From: an uncultured Solirubrobacterales bacterium
GTDB lineage: Bacteria > Actinomycetota > Thermoleophilia > Solirubrobacterales > Solirubrobacteraceae
Direction: 5' to 3'
DNA length: 64,000 bases
NCBI GenBank assembly: GCA_963796885.1
Contig: CAWCNP010000023.1
Location: 101,031-165,030 of the forward strand
Shown: one piece after another, positions 18,988 through 29,307 of the stretch
Position numbering within the stretch: the stretch's first letter is position 1
Layout of the letters: each line of letters opens with the position of its first letter
Notes under the pieces: generated by a model
The model's input: only the letters and a program-made list of their open reading frames with translations
The model's database searches: none
What the model was told of the DNA's origin: nothing
Program-made: the position numbers and the translations under genes

Positions 18988-20403
18988 TCAGGGACACGTG
19001 CCGTTGCCTCCCGAGGTCGGGATCGTGACGGTGACCGAGGTGGGCGAGCTGAAGTTGGTGTTCGTGAACGCAGTCGACGTGGCTTTGTGGTTGCTGAGGT
19101 CCGCGCAGACCGTCAGCGTCCCGGTGTAGCCCGAGGCGCTCTCGCTTGACCCCGACATAGCGGTGCTGGCAAACGGCGCACCGGGGAAGGCCAGCGCCCC
19201 CGTGCCGCTGGTCGCCGCGTTGGCGGCGATCGCCGCCGACCATGTATCGGTACACGATGTGCCGCTGGCGCTGGTGAAGGTAATCCTGATATGAGAGGGC
19301 TTGACCTGACTGGTGCCCTGCTTGACAAATACGCTGAGCGCCGGCTCGGCCACGGTGATGGTCTGGTTCGATCCTGGCGACACCGTGAAGTCGTCGGTCC
19401 CCGCCGGCGGTTCCATCTGCCGGCAGGGCCCGGCCCACACGGCGTAGTTGCCGGCGTAGCTCGGTCCGGTGAACGCGAACGGGAACAGCGGGATCGAGCC
19501 ACTGGCGGGGATCGGCGAGCCCTGGACGCCGGCCGACCCGAAGGCGCGGGACTTGTAGATCGACATCGAGTTCGACGTGCCCGCGCCGTACCACGAGATC
19601 GCGTCGGCCTGCTGCCCGGTCAAGGTGTTCGAGTTCGAGCTGAAGTTGGCGCTGATCGCGCCGGCGAGGCCCATGACCAGCGGGTTGCCGCTGCTCGGTG
19701 TTGCGGTGCCGGTGCCGGTGACCGTGGCCGTGAGGCTGATCGGCGAGGGGTCATCGTCGGGATCGACGTATCCGGCGTCTGTGAGCGTGAGGGTGTAGTC
19801 GCCCGGATCGAGCCCGGAGAAGATCGCACAGCCATTCGCGTCGGTGGTGCCCGAGGCGGCGTCCGTGCCGGTGGCCGACACGGCGACGCCGGACAGCGGC
19901 GCGCCCGTCTGGTCCTCGATCTGGGTGAGCAGGGTGCCGCCGGCGGGCGGCGTGATCAGGCTCTGCACCTGTACCGGGGGACGGGCATTGGATGCCCAGT
20001 TCACCTTCGAGTAGACCTCGTAGTAGGCGGCGGCGCCGGCACCCGTGCTGCCGCACGCCGCGCCCCCGGTGCTGTTCAGGAACTGGGCCTGCGAGGTGAT
20101 CGTGTAGGGAACGCCGTCGAGGGTCACGGTGCGCGACTGGGCGGTGTCGAGCTGGGTCAGCTGCAGCGCCGAGAGCCCCTTGAGACGTTCCTGATCGAGC
20201 TGGGCCAGCTCCGATGCCTGCGAACGGTGGCGCTGGTCGGCCGAGGTCTCGGCCCCGGCGATCAATGCGCCGGCAACGCCGGCGGCGATCAGGGCGACGA
20301 GCAGCGCGCTGACGAGGACCTCGATCAGCGTCATCCCGCGCTGATCGGCCAGGCGGGGACCATTGCACCCGCAGACCCGCCCTCGGGTGACGCGCACGCA
20401 CAT
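18988..20403 (-). CDS. PilV-like prepilin with transthyretin/carboxypeptidase-regulatory-like domain
   Basis: 'DQRG|MTLIEVLVS'; 'GAPLSGVAVSAT...GTTDANGCAIFSGLDPGDYTLT'. Confidence 0.85.
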   Translation of the reverse strand: MCVRVTRGRVCGCNGPRLADQRGMTLIEVLVSALLVALIAAGVAGALIAGAETSADQRHRSQASELAQLDQERLKGLSALQLTQLDTAQSRTVTLDGVPYTITSQAQFLNSTGGAACGSTGAGAAAYYEVYSKVNWASNARPPVQVQSLITPPAGGTLLTQIEDQTGAPLSGVAVSATGTDAASGTTDANGCAIFSGLDPGDYTLTLTDAGYVDPDDDPSPISLTATVTGTGTATPSSGNPLVMGLAGAISANFSSNSNTLTGQQADAISWYGAGTSNSMSIYKSRAFGSAGVQGSPIPASGSIPLFPFAFTGPSYAGNYAVWAGPCRQMEPPAGTDDFTVSPGSNQTITVAEPALSVFVKQGTSQVKPSHIRITFTSASGTSCTDTWSAAIAANAATSGTGALAFPGAPFASTAMSGSSESASGYTGTLTVCADLSNHKATSTAFTNTNFSSPTSVTVTIPTSGGNGTCP

Positions 20404-20410
20404 ACTTCGG

Positions 20411-20418
20411 TTATCGGC
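20411..20418 (-). promoter_or_regulatory. Sigma28 (FliA/WhiG)-type -10 element
   Basis: GCCGATAA 7 nt before the pilin-cluster ATG; no clear TAAA -35. Confidence 0.5.
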
Positions 20419-20450
20419 AGACCGTCGACGATGCGCCAACGCGGCCGACA

Positions 20451-20474
20451 AGTGTCCACGTAGATGTGGACACT
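20451..20474. promoter_or_regulatory. Operator-like palindrome upstream of the pilin cluster
   Basis: Perfect AGTGTCCAC-N6-GTGGACACT. Confidence 0.55.
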
Positions 20475-20509
20475 CAATGAGGATTGATGAGCTTTTCTCG
20501 GTCCGCTGC

Positions 20510-21175
20510 TCAGGCGATTCTGTGGCCCTGGCGACCAAGCATCTGCGCCAGCGGATCGCGCAGCAGCGGGTCGGCCAGCGCGGCGCGGAGATCGGCGGGG
20601 CGGTGCAGCGCGCGCTCGGTGCGGAGGATCCCGAGCTCCAGCCCGACGTCACCCGCCGCTGCGGCGGCGATCGTCATCGCATCGCCGCCCCGCCAGGCGC
20701 TCTCGGGCAGCGCGAAGAGGTCGGGCCGCGGGCGCGAGACGGCGATCAGGTAGAAGCCGCCGTCGATCACCGGCCCGAGCACGAGGTCGCAGCCGGCCTC
20801 AAGGTCAGACAGCGCGGCGCCGGCGTGGTCGCGACGCAGCCGAGGCAGGTCGGGCCAGGCGACGATGAGGGGACCGTCGCTGTGGGTGAACACGCGACTG
20901 ATGGCATCGGCCAGGCGACCCGCGATCCCGTCCCCATTCTGGGGGAAGACGGTTATGTCGTCGCGGACGAGGGCCCGGAGCTCGGGTCCAGCGTCAGGCG
21001 GCTCGTGGGCGACGTGGACGCGGCCGGGGGCGACCTCATGGGCCCAGCTCAGGGCCTGGACGATCAGGCCGGCCTGCAGGGCCACGCAGCCGTCCGCGCC
21101 CAGCACCGGTTCGAGCGCCCGGCGCACCTCCCCACGACGAGGAGCCCGGGCCATGATCAGCACGTCGGCCGCCAC
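20510..21175 (-). CDS. DUF2064/TIGR04282-type CofC-like transferase
   Basis: 'LIMARAPRRGEV', 'PQNGDGIAGRL', 'DLP', 'VLGPVIDGGFYLI'. Confidence 0.8.
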   Translation of the reverse strand: MAADVLIMARAPRRGEVRRALEPVLGADGCVALQAGLIVQALSWAHEVAPGRVHVAHEPPDAGPELRALVRDDITVFPQNGDGIAGRLADAISRVFTHSDGPLIVAWPDLPRLRRDHAGAALSDLEAGCDLVLGPVIDGGFYLIAVSRPRPDLFALPESAWRGGDAMTIAAAAAGDVGLELGILRTERALHRPADLRAALADPLLRDPLAQMLGRQGHRIA

Positions 21176-21178
21176 GGC

Positions 21179-21979
21179 TCATTCCTGATCGAATCGATAG
21201 ACCGTTCCGGCCGGGCTCGGTGGGGTGGCGCGGATCCGGCCGATGGCGCCGGCCACCACGTCGGCGAAGATCGCGGTGCTGGCGCCCATCAGCTCGATCA
21301 GCTGCGCCACCGGGGTGGGATCTCCGGGGCGCACCTCGTTGGCGTAGTCGGTCACGGACCCGATCAGCGCATAGGGCAGCTCGAGCTCGCCGCACAGAAC
21401 GGTCTCCGGACCCCCGGTCTGGCTGACGGCGACGACGCCGCAGGCCGCGAGCTGGGCGATCTCCGAGGGCGTGTTGAACCGCGGGCCATCCACGTGCCCG
21501 TAGGTGCCACCGTCGCGCGCCGGGTGCCCGGCGGCCGCGGCCGCCGCGACGAGCGTCTCGCGGAGCTCGGGCGAGAACGGACCGCCATGAAGGATCCAGT
21601 GGCCACGTGACCGCTGGCCGGCACTGAAGAAGGAGCACAGGCTCCCGTCGGGCAGGCGGTTCACCGGGAAGTGCAGGTCGTCGAAGATGACCAGCGACCC
21701 GAGGGTCAATGTCGGGTCGACCGCGCCACACGCGGTGCAGCCGATCACGCATGTCGCTCCCAGCTCCTTCAGCGCCCAGAGGTTGGCGCGGTGAGCCACG
21801 TGGCTGGACAGCCGGACGTGGCCGGAGCCGTGGCGGGAGAGGTGAAGTGCCTCGCCGCCGCCGAAGCGTCCGGTGCTGATCGTCGCCGAGCCGAACGGCG
21901 TCTGGACCTCCCGGGACGCATCACGCTCGAAACCAGGCAGGGCGTGGGTGCCCGATCCGGTGATGATCCCGACCGCCAT
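21179..21979 (-). CDS. MTAP-family purine nucleoside phosphorylase
   Basis: 'GIITGSG', 'TPFG', 'SRHG', 'HRANLWAL', 'DGPRFNTPSE', 'VTDY'. Confidence 0.9.
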   Translation of the reverse strand: MAVGIITGSGTHALPGFERDASREVQTPFGSATISTGRFGGGEALHLSRHGSGHVRLSSHVAHRANLWALKELGATCVIGCTACGAVDPTLTLGSLVIFDDLHFPVNRLPDGSLCSFFSAGQRSRGHWILHGGPFSPELRETLVAAAAAAGHPARDGGTYGHVDGPRFNTPSEIAQLAACGVVAVSQTGGPETVLCGELELPYALIGSVTDYANEVRPGDPTPVAQLIELMGASTAIFADVVAGAIGRIRATPPSPAGTVYRFDQE

Positions 21980-22024
21980 CGGGCGCGATCCTACTGTGAG
22001 CGCGCCGCCGGGTGCCGGAGTCGA

Positions 22025-22474
22025 TCAGACGGCGAGCGTGGTCGGTTGGGCCAGCGCAGACTCGTGCTCGGCCAGCCACGCGTCGAGAGCCTTGGCCTTC
22101 TGCGTGTCCTCGTAGACCTCGTAGTCCTTGAGCCGGCCCCACCGCAACCTGGCCCAGATCACGAAGCGGTTGTCGTACACGCGCTGGCCGCCGGCGGCAT
22201 CGCGATAGGAACGGCCGCGAATACAGACGGTCATGTTCCAGGGAAAGCCCGAAGCCGACACCTGATCGGGTTCGGTCTTGACCCCCACGCGAACCAGCCG
22301 CTCGAGCCACCGCCGGTGTTCGGCCTTGCCCCGGAACACCCCGGACCACGAGTTGTCCCCGGGGAACGTGAACACCACATCGTCGGCGTCGAGCAGCAGG
22401 GTGGGACGGATGTCGCCGGCCCGGGTCCGAGCCATGACGCGGGAGATCAACTGCTTGACGAGCCACGAGATCAT
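22025..22474 (-). CDS. SnoaL/NTF2-like protein
   Basis: 'ADDVVFTFPG...SGVFRGK', 'YDNRF', 'YEDT'. Confidence 0.8.
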   Translation of the reverse strand: MISWLVKQLISRVMARTRAGDIRPTLLLDADDVVFTFPGDNSWSGVFRGKAEHRRWLERLVRVGVKTEPDQVSASGFPWNMTVCIRGRSYRDAAGGQRVYDNRFVIWARLRWGRLKDYEVYEDTQKAKALDAWLAEHESALAQPTTLAV

Positions 22475-22487
22475 CGGCGCCTCCTGT

Positions 22488-22509
22488 CTAAATAGAGCGA
22501 TCTATCTAG
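22488..22509. promoter_or_regulatory. TetR (LmrA/YxaF-type) operator
   Basis: CTAAATAGAGCGATCTATCTAG imperfect palindrome between divergent genes; the core resembles the TAGACCGGTCTA-type box. Confidence 0.7.
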
Positions 22510-22522
22510 TACGATACCGGAT

Positions 22523-23098
22523 ATGTCGAGCACCCGCGAGCGCATCATCGAGACCAGCGCCGAGTTGCTGCGCCGGCAGGGCTACATGGCCACCGGCGTC
22601 AAGCAGATCGTCGAGGAAGCGCAGGCACCATTTGGATCGATCTACCACTTCTTCCCCGGTGGCAAGGAGCAGCTCGGCGCCGAGGCCGTGCGCACATCAG
22701 GACTCCTGTACGAGGAGCTGATCCCCGCCGTGTTCGGGCCGGCGCCTGACATCGTCACCGGGGTGCGCGCCTTCTTCGCCGGCGCGGGCGAGCACCTGGA
22801 GCAGACCGACTACGCCGACGCATGCCCGATCGCCACGGTGGCGCTCGAGACCTCGAGCACGAGCGAGGTGCTGCGCAGCGCCTGCGCCGACGTGTTCGAA
22901 CACTGGATCGCAGCCGGCGGCGCGGTGCTCGAGGAGGCGGGGTTCGATCACGACACCGCGCGCGAGCTGGCCATCGCCATGCTCTGCGCGCTGGAGGGCG
23001 CATTCGTGCTGGCACGGACGATGCGGACCACGGAGCCCCTCGACGTCGCCGGCGAGATGACCGCGAACGCCGTCCAGGCGGCGATCGACCAGCTCTAA
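22523..23098 (+). CDS. TetR family regulator (LmrA/YxaF-like)
   Basis: HTH 'GYMATGVKQIVEEAQAPFGSIYHFFPGGKEQL'; 'CPIATVALE'. Confidence 0.92.
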   Translation: MSSTRERIIETSAELLRRQGYMATGVKQIVEEAQAPFGSIYHFFPGGKEQLGAEAVRTSGLLYEELIPAVFGPAPDIVTGVRAFFAGAGEHLEQTDYADACPIATVALETSSTSEVLRSACADVFEHWIAAGGAVLEEAGFDHDTARELAIAMLCALEGAFVLARTMRTTEPLDVAGEMTANAVQAAIDQL

Positions 23099-24333
23099 CG
23101 CGGAACGCGGCCGCCCTCGGCCCCGGGCTCGGTGGCCGGCCCGCGCGGCGGGGCGATGCCGAGGACGCGCATCGCCTTGAGCCCCAGCGAGAGCTTCTCG
23201 CGCCCATCGGTGGACGAGACATCGAGTCCGGTCAGCTCGCGCACGCGTTCGAACCGGTAGCGGATCGTGTGCCGGTGCGTGATCAGCCGCGCGGCGGTTG
23301 CGTTGACGTTGGCGTCGCACTCGAGGAACGTCGACAGCGTCCCGAGCAGATCGGTTTCGTACTGCTCGTCGTAGGCCACCAGCGGGCGGACGGTCTCGCT
23401 GTAGAACCGCTTGAGCTCGGCTGGGTCGCGCATGTGCGGGAGCAGGAGCTGATAGGTGCCCGTCTCTTCAAAGGCCAGCGCGGTCCGCTCCGGGTCGCCC
23501 TCGACCACGTTGGCCGCCAGCAGCGCCTCGGTTCCCGCCCGATACAGATCGAGCGGCGCCTCGGCGCGGCGGCTTCGGCCGATGGCGAATGCGAATCCGG
23601 GCAGCCCGGACTCGAGTTCACGCATGATCGACCCGCTCACGCGACGCCCGATCTCGCCGTCGCCGTCGGGCACGAGGACCACCACCTCGCCGGCATCATC
23701 CTCGGCCGGCGCGGCGATCGCTCCCGGCGCCACCGATCGCGCGCCGCGGGCGGCCACGGCGAGCAGCCGCCGACGCCAGTCGTCCTCGGTCGGGTTGCGC
23801 GCATGGGCTCTCACCACGAGCACCGAACCGCCGGCCGAGAGGTCGATGCCGAGCTCCTTGCCGCGCGCCACGAGATCCTCGCGGTCACCGATCCGCCGCT
23901 CGAGGACCGCCCGCTGAAAGCTCGTCGCGGCCTCCTCGGACGCCCGCTCGGGAGCGCGCACGCGCTCGACCTCGGAGGCGATCAACGTCGTCACGAGGCC
24001 GAGGAAGGCGGCATCGGGCTTGTGGTCGCGCGCCCGCATGCGCAGCTGGCCGACCGGCGCCTCGGCCACCCGGAGCTCGATCGTCGTCACATCCTCGGTG
24101 TCGCGCATCAGCGACCGCTCATCGGCGGGCGAGCGCGCCGCCACCGCGAGCACCGACGCAGAGCGATCGATCAGGATCAGGCTGGAGTCCAGGGCACGTG
24201 CCGCGGCGCGCAGAACCTCGGGTAGCCCGGCGCCGGCCTGGACGGCCTCAGTGACCGCGGCGAGCGCACCAAGATCCGGGGGGTTCGCGGATACGTTGGC
24301 GCGAGGAAGGTTCTCGGCCACCTCAGAAGACAC
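23095..24333 (-). CDS. PucR/CdaR family transcriptional regulator
   Basis: GGDEF-like middle region; C-terminal HTH 'TAARLITHRHTIRYRFERVRELTG'. Confidence 0.9.
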   Translation of the reverse strand: MSSEVAENLPRANVSANPPDLGALAAVTEAVQAGAGLPEVLRAAARALDSSLILIDRSASVLAVAARSPADERSLMRDTEDVTTIELRVAEAPVGQLRMRARDHKPDAAFLGLVTTLIASEVERVRAPERASEEAATSFQRAVLERRIGDREDLVARGKELGIDLSAGGSVLVVRAHARNPTEDDWRRRLLAVAARGARSVAPGAIAAPAEDDAGEVVVLVPDGDGEIGRRVSGSIMRELESGLPGFAFAIGRSRRAEAPLDLYRAGTEALLAANVVEGDPERTALAFEETGTYQLLLPHMRDPAELKRFYSETVRPLVAYDEQYETDLLGTLSTFLECDANVNATAARLITHRHTIRYRFERVRELTGLDVSSTDGREKLSLGLKAMRVLGIAPPRGPATEPGAEGGRVPR

Positions 24334-24544
24334 GAGGCCACTCGAGGACGATGAAGGCCCCGGCGAGGATTCCCACCCCGACGAACGCGGCGAGCACGTA
24401 CAGCGACAGGATGACGACGGCCACGCGCTCCAGCGGGCGGCGGTAGGACGTGATCGCCGGCGCCACCACCAGCGTGCAGAACGCGGCCAAGCCGAACACG
24501 CCGAGGGACGCCCCGACGAGGTAGGTGATCGTCTCGTTGCTCAT
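24323..24544 (-). CDS. Small two-TM membrane protein
   Basis: Two hydrophobic helices; overlaps the PucR start. Confidence 0.7.
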   Translation of the reverse strand: MSNETITYLVGASLGVFGLAAFCTLVVAPAITSYRRPLERVAVVILSLYVLAAFVGVGILAGAFIVLEWPRVF

Positions 24545-24601
24545 CGCGGGGGTTAATTGTGCCCCACGCCGTAGATGATGCCGCCGCTCGTGTGTTGCGG
24601 A

Positions 24602-25486
24602 TCATGCAATACGCGGCATTCCGTAGTCGGCGCCCACCGGGACGACGTCGACCGCGCGCGGATATCGCGGTCTCAGCTCGGCCGCCGCCGCGGCGGCCCG
24701 CGCCTGGCCGGTCTCCCCCCAGAACACGCCGATGACGGTTGGCCCCGACCCGCACACCAGCGTCCGGTCGGCCCCGGCCCCACGGGCATCCTGAAGTGCC
24801 GCGGTGACCGGCGGGCACAGCGTCTCGGCCGCCGGCCCGAGGTCATTGACCATGAGCTCGTCCGACAGCCGCGCCCCGGGGGTCAGCGCGGCGATCAGGT
24901 GCGCGCGGCGCGCCTCGAGCTCCTCGCTCGAGCGGGGCAGCCCGAGCACGTCGGCCTGTCGGTAGACATCGGCCGTCGACAGCGCGGCAATCTGCGGCAG
25001 CACGAGCAGAGCGTGTGGCGCGAGCGGCGCAAACGGCTCGGTCTCCTCGCCGGCCCCGATTCCCACCGCCAGTCCGGGCACGAGCTGGCTCGGAACGTCG
25101 GCGCCGAGCGAAGCGGCCAGTGCGGCGACCTCCTCGGGCCGCCCCGGAGCCATCTCTCCAGCCAACCGCAGTGCGGCCGCCGCGTCGGCCGAGCCGCCTC
25201 CCATGCCCGCGGCAACCGGGATCCGCTTCTCGATCTCGACCGTGACCGGGGGGCCATCCCAGCCCCGGCGCCGCAGCCCGTCGAGCGCCCGCCCGACCAG
25301 GTTGGGTCCGGTCACACCCGGGCAGTGGACCTCATCGACGCCCTGCTCGCGCGCGCGCAGCCACAACTCGTCGGCCAGCGACACCGACTGAAACAGGGTG
25401 ACCAGCTCGTGCCGCCCGTCAGGACGAATGGGCCCCACGAACAGGCACAGATTGACCTTGGCCGGCGCGCGCGCCCACAGCCTCAC
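24602..25486 (-). CDS. ispE: 4-diphosphocytidyl-2-C-methyl-D-erythritol kinase
   Basis: 'APAKVNL', 'KRIPVAAGMGGGSADAAA', 'GADVP', 'GSGPT'. Confidence 0.95.
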   Translation of the reverse strand: MRLWARAPAKVNLCLFVGPIRPDGRHELVTLFQSVSLADELWLRAREQGVDEVHCPGVTGPNLVGRALDGLRRRGWDGPPVTVEIEKRIPVAAGMGGGSADAAAALRLAGEMAPGRPEEVAALAASLGADVPSQLVPGLAVGIGAGEETEPFAPLAPHALLVLPQIAALSTADVYRQADVLGLPRSSEELEARRAHLIAALTPGARLSDELMVNDLGPAAETLCPPVTAALQDARGAGADRTLVCGSGPTVIGVFWGETGQARAAAAAAELRPRYPRAVDVVPVGADYGMPRIA

Positions 25487-26274
25487 GGTCCAAGCCTAAC
25501 CGCCAGTTGACGGAACTCCTCGGCCGAGAGTCGCTCGGCGCGCTCGTCGGGTGGGTGGCCGAGCGCTTGCAGCGCATCGCGTGCGCGTTCGCGGATCCCC
25601 GGAGGCGCACCGGCGGCCAGCGCCAGCGATCCGGCCAGCGCCTTGCGCCGATGAGCAAACGCGCGGTGCACGAGTGCTCGCGTGCGCTCGTCGCCGCCCG
25701 GCCCGGTCCGGCGCAGGCCGACGAGGACCGAGTCCACCCCCGGCACGGGCCGGAACACACCTCGGCCCACCGCGCGCAGAAGGCGGACCTCGCAGGCCAG
25801 CTGAGCCAGCACCGAGGGGGCGCCGTAGGCCGGGGTGCCGGGCGCCGCGGCGAGCCGCTCGCCGACCTCGCGCTGGACCATCGCCACCCAGCGGTGGACG
25901 CTGGGGAGCTCGTCGACCGTGCGCAGGATGACGGTGGCGGCGATGCCGTAGGGGAGGTTGGCCACGACCTTGGTCGGCGCGGGGTCCAGCGCGGCGAGAT
26001 CGAGCTCGAGCGCGTCGGCGCGATGCAGCGTAACGTTGTCAAACGGGGCGAGCACGTCACGGAGTTGGGGCTCGAGGCGCTCGTCGACCTCGACCACGTG
26101 CACGTGCCCGGCGTGCTGGGCCAGCCGCTCGGACAGCACGCCCTGGCCGCCACCGATCTCGAGGACGACGTCGTCACCCGAGAGCTCGGCCAGCCGCTCG
26201 ATGACGTCGAGGATGTTGCGGTCGACAAGGAAGTTCTGGCCCAGCGCCCGCGTGCGTCTCGACGGGCTCACCAT
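25483..26274 (-). CDS. rsmA: 16S rRNA adenine dimethyltransferase
   Basis: 'LGQNFL', 'LEIGGG', 'VANLPY', 'MVQREV', 'RAERL'. Confidence 0.95.
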   Translation of the reverse strand: MVSPSRRTRALGQNFLVDRNILDVIERLAELSGDDVVLEIGGGQGVLSERLAQHAGHVHVVEVDERLEPQLRDVLAPFDNVTLHRADALELDLAALDPAPTKVVANLPYGIAATVILRTVDELPSVHRWVAMVQREVGERLAAAPGTPAYGAPSVLAQLACEVRLLRAVGRGVFRPVPGVDSVLVGLRRTGPGGDERTRALVHRAFAHRRKALAGSLALAAGAPPGIRERARDALQALGHPPDERAERLSAEEFRQLAVRLGP

Positions 26275-27020
26275 CCAAATACTGCCGCCGCGCTGAGCTC
26301 GATCGACTGCTCGAGCTCGCGATACGACACGCGGCGCTCGAGCGCCAGCGCCTGCGCCGTGTGGACGACGTTGGCCGGCTGGTTGGGCTTGCCGCGGACG
26401 ACCTGGGGCGATAGGTACGGGGCATCGGTCTCGACGAGCAGCCGCTGGGCGGGCACCTTCAGCGCGGCTGCGCGGAGGTCGGCCGCCTTGGGGTAGGTGA
26501 GGTTGCCGGCGAACGAGAACCACCAGTCGGGCTCGGCCAGGCACTCGTCGATCCGCGTGGACATCGAGAAGCAATGGAGGATTACCTTGAGTCCCGCGGC
26601 GCGCTCCTTCAGCGTCGCGATCGTGTCCTCGTCGGCGGCCCGGGTGTGGATGACCAGCGCCTTGCCAGTCTCGCCGGCGAGCTCGATCTGGGCATGGAAC
26701 GCGCGCTCCTGGTCAGCGCGGGGCGCGTAGTCGCGATAGAAGTCAAGGCCGGTCTCGCCGATGGCCACGCATTTCTCGTGTGCGGCCAGCGCCTGAAGCT
26801 CGGCGAGGTCAGCGCCATCGAAACCAGTCGCCTCGTTGGGGTGGCGGCCGATGGCCGCGTAGACCTGCGGGAAGTCCTCGGCCGCCGCCAGCGCGGCCCG
26901 GCACGAGGCGCCGGTGGTCCCCACGGTGACGATCCGGCTCACGCCCGCCTCGGTCGCCGCGGCCACGAGCTCGGCGTCGGGTGGGTCGCAGAACTCCAGA
27001 TGCGTGTGGCTGTCGATCAC
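26268..27020 (-). CDS. tatD: TatD family hydrolase
   Basis: 'IDSHTH', 'IGETGLD', 'HTR', 'HCF', 'ETDAPY'; the GTG overlaps the metG stop. Confidence 0.93.
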   Translation of the reverse strand: MIDSHTHLEFCDPPDAELVAAATEAGVSRIVTVGTTGASCRAALAAAEDFPQVYAAIGRHPNEATGFDGADLAELQALAAHEKCVAIGETGLDFYRDYAPRADQERAFHAQIELAGETGKALVIHTRAADEDTIATLKERAAGLKVILHCFSMSTRIDECLAEPDWWFSFAGNLTYPKAADLRAAALKVPAQRLLVETDAPYLSPQVVRGKPNQPANVVHTAQALALERRVSYRELEQSIELSAAAVFGW

Positions 27021-28480
27021 GCCCGCTTGGGGAACAAGGGCTCGAGCGGCTCGAGCGCGCCACCCGGCGACCCCAGCGCGGTGCGCAGCTTCGCTGTCGA
27101 GTCGGGGATGAACGGTTCGAGCATCACGTTCACGGTCCGCAGGCCCTCGACCAGCGTGGCCAGTGCCCGGTCGAGCTTGTCGGCGTCGGCGGGATCGCGG
27201 GCGAGCTGCCACGGAGCTGTTTCCTCGACGTAGCGGTTGAGCCGCCTGACGCGCTGCCAGATTCGATCGAGCGCCACCGTCGGCTCGGCGCGATCCATGA
27301 GCGCGGCGATCTCGGTCGGCAGCCCCTCGAGCTCGGCGTCCAGGTCGGGGTCGGTTGCCACCGCCGGCACGACGCCGTCGCGATACCGCCGGACCATCGC
27401 GATCGTGCGGCTGGCCAGGTTGCCGTACTCGTTGGCGAGCTCGGAGTCGTAGCGAATCCTGACCCCCTCCATGCCGACGGCGCCGTCGGATCCGAAGGGT
27501 ACGTCGCGCATCAGGTAGAAGCGCAGTGCGTCGGTGCCGTACTGCTCCATCACCTCGAAGGGATCGAGCACGTTGCCCAGCGACTTGCTCATCTTGCGCC
27601 CGTCGGCGCCGAGGAGGAAGCCGTGGACGAACACATGATGGGGCAGGGCAAGCTCGGCCGCCATCAGCAGCGCCGGCCAGAATACGGTGTGAAACTTGAG
27701 GATGTCCTTGCCGATGATGTGGTACGTCGCCGGCCAGAAGCGATCGGTCAGGTCCTCGCCCGGGCGTGCGTAGGACAGCGCCGTGTAGTAGTTGAGCAGC
27801 GCGTCGAACCACACGTAGAAGACGTGACCGGTGTCCCAGGGGACGGTCACGCCCCAGTGCAGTCGGGCCCGGCTCAGCGACACATCCTGGAGCCCCTGCG
27901 AGATGAACGACCGTGCCTCGTTGAAGTGGCGGGGCGGCATCACGAAGTCGGGGTGTTCGGCATAGAGACGCTCGAGCGGCTCCTGGAACGAGGACAGGCG
28001 GAAGAACCAGTTCTCCTCGCGCTCGCGGATCAGCGGAATCTCGTGGATCGGGCAACGGTTGCCCTCGAGGATCTCGTTCTCGACCTTGAAGTCGGCACAG
28101 CGCGGGCAGTACCAGCCCTCATACAGGCCCTTGTATGTGTAGCCGTTGTCGTGGACGCGCTGGAGCACCTCCTGGACCTTGGCCTTGTGCTGCTCGTCGG
28201 AGGTGCGGATGAAGAAGTCGTTCGACACGTCGAGCCGTGGCATCAGCGACTTGAAGCGCTCGGCGTTGCGATCGGCGAGCTCCTTGGGCTCGAGTCCCTG
28301 CGCCCGCGCTGCGTCGGCCACCGGCTCGCCGTGCTCGTCGGTGCCGGTGAGGAAGAACACGTCCTCGCCCCGCTGCCGCATGTGCCGGGCCAGCACGTCG
28401 GCGGCGATCGTCGTATAGGCGTGGCCGAGGTGCGGCTGCGCGTTGACGTAGTAGATCGGGGTGGTGATATAGAACGACAT
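27017..28480 (-). CDS. metG: Methionine--tRNA ligase (short form)
   Basis: 'YITTPIYY', HLGH, KMSKS, 'YVWFDAL', Zn knuckle. Confidence 0.97.
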   Translation of the reverse strand: MSFYITTPIYYVNAQPHLGHAYTTIAADVLARHMRQRGEDVFFLTGTDEHGEPVADAARAQGLEPKELADRNAERFKSLMPRLDVSNDFFIRTSDEQHKAKVQEVLQRVHDNGYTYKGLYEGWYCPRCADFKVENEILEGNRCPIHEIPLIREREENWFFRLSSFQEPLERLYAEHPDFVMPPRHFNEARSFISQGLQDVSLSRARLHWGVTVPWDTGHVFYVWFDALLNYYTALSYARPGEDLTDRFWPATYHIIGKDILKFHTVFWPALLMAAELALPHHVFVHGFLLGADGRKMSKSLGNVLDPFEVMEQYGTDALRFYLMRDVPFGSDGAVGMEGVRIRYDSELANEYGNLASRTIAMVRRYRDGVVPAVATDPDLDAELEGLPTEIAALMDRAEPTVALDRIWQRVRRLNRYVEETAPWQLARDPADADKLDRALATLVEGLRTVNVMLEPFIPDSTAKLRTALGSPGGALEPLEPLFPKRA

Positions 28481-28497
28481 GGGGCTCTCTATAGAGC

Positions 28498-29307
28498 CTA
28501 TCCGCGGCCCGTCAGCCCGCGGTACAGCGCGTTGGCGCTCACGCCGGTCAGCTCGGCGACGACCGCGGCCGCGGGGCGCGGCTTGGCGCCGGCGTCGATC
28601 AGGCGCTGCAGCGCAGCCAGCGCCGGCTCGAGGTCGGGCTCGCCCGCCGGCGCCGGCCCGACGACCAGCACGATCTCCCCGCGGGGGGGCTCGGTGGCGT
28701 AACGCTTCGCCAGCTCGGCGGCCGTCCCCCGCACCACCTCCTCGTGCAGCTTGGTCAGCTCGCGGCACACCGCCGCCGGGCGGTCGGGGTCGAGCATCGC
28801 GAGCGTCTTCAGTGACGCGCCGAGACGGCGTGGCGACTCGAACGCCACCACCGTCTCCGGGGACGAGAACACCGCCTGGCGCTCTGCCCGCTTGCGGGGC
28901 AGAAAGCCGGTGAAGCGCCAGTGGTCGGCCGGCAGTGCCGAGGCCACCAGTGCCGAGAGCGCAGCCGACGGGCCGGGGAGCACCTCGACGGCGAGGCCGG
29001 CGGCCACGCACGAGCGCACGAGCACGAAGCCGGGATCGGAGACGAGCGGCATGCCGGCGTCAGAGACGAGGGCGACGACAGTGCCGGCCTGCATCTGTGC
29101 CACCAGCTCCACCGCGCGCTCGCGCTCGTTGTGCTCGTGGTAGCTGACCAGCTTGGCCACGACCCCGTAGCGGTCGAGCAGCACCCGTGTGCGCCGCGTG
29201 TCCTCGCACGCCACGACGTCCGCCTCGCGCAGCGCGGCCAGCACGCGGAGCGTCACGTCCTCGAGGTTGCCGATCGGCGTCGGGCAGACGATCAGTCGGC
29301 CGGCCAT
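28498..29307 (-). CDS. rsmI: 16S rRNA C1402 2'-O-methyltransferase
   Basis: 'TPIGNLED', 'EDTR', '[12 protein letters not shown]', 'RELTKLHEE'. Confidence 0.96.
   Translation of the reverse strand: MAGRLIVCPTPIGNLEDVTLRVLAALREADVVACEDTRRTRVLLDRYGVVAKLVSYHEHNERERAVELVAQMQAGTVVALVSDAGMPLVSDPGFVLVRSCVAAGLAVEVLPGPSAALSALVASALPADHWRFTGFLPRKRAERQAVFSSPETVVAFESPRRLGASLKTLAMLDPDRPAAVCRELTKLHEEVVRGTAAELAKRYATEPPRGEIVLVVGPAPAGEPDLEPALAALQRLIDAGAKPRPAAAVVAELTGVSANALYRGLTGRG

Noticed and set aside
16489-20510. Pilin cassette as a tRNA-integrated island
   Set aside because: I found no duplicate of the tRNA 3' end and no integrase.
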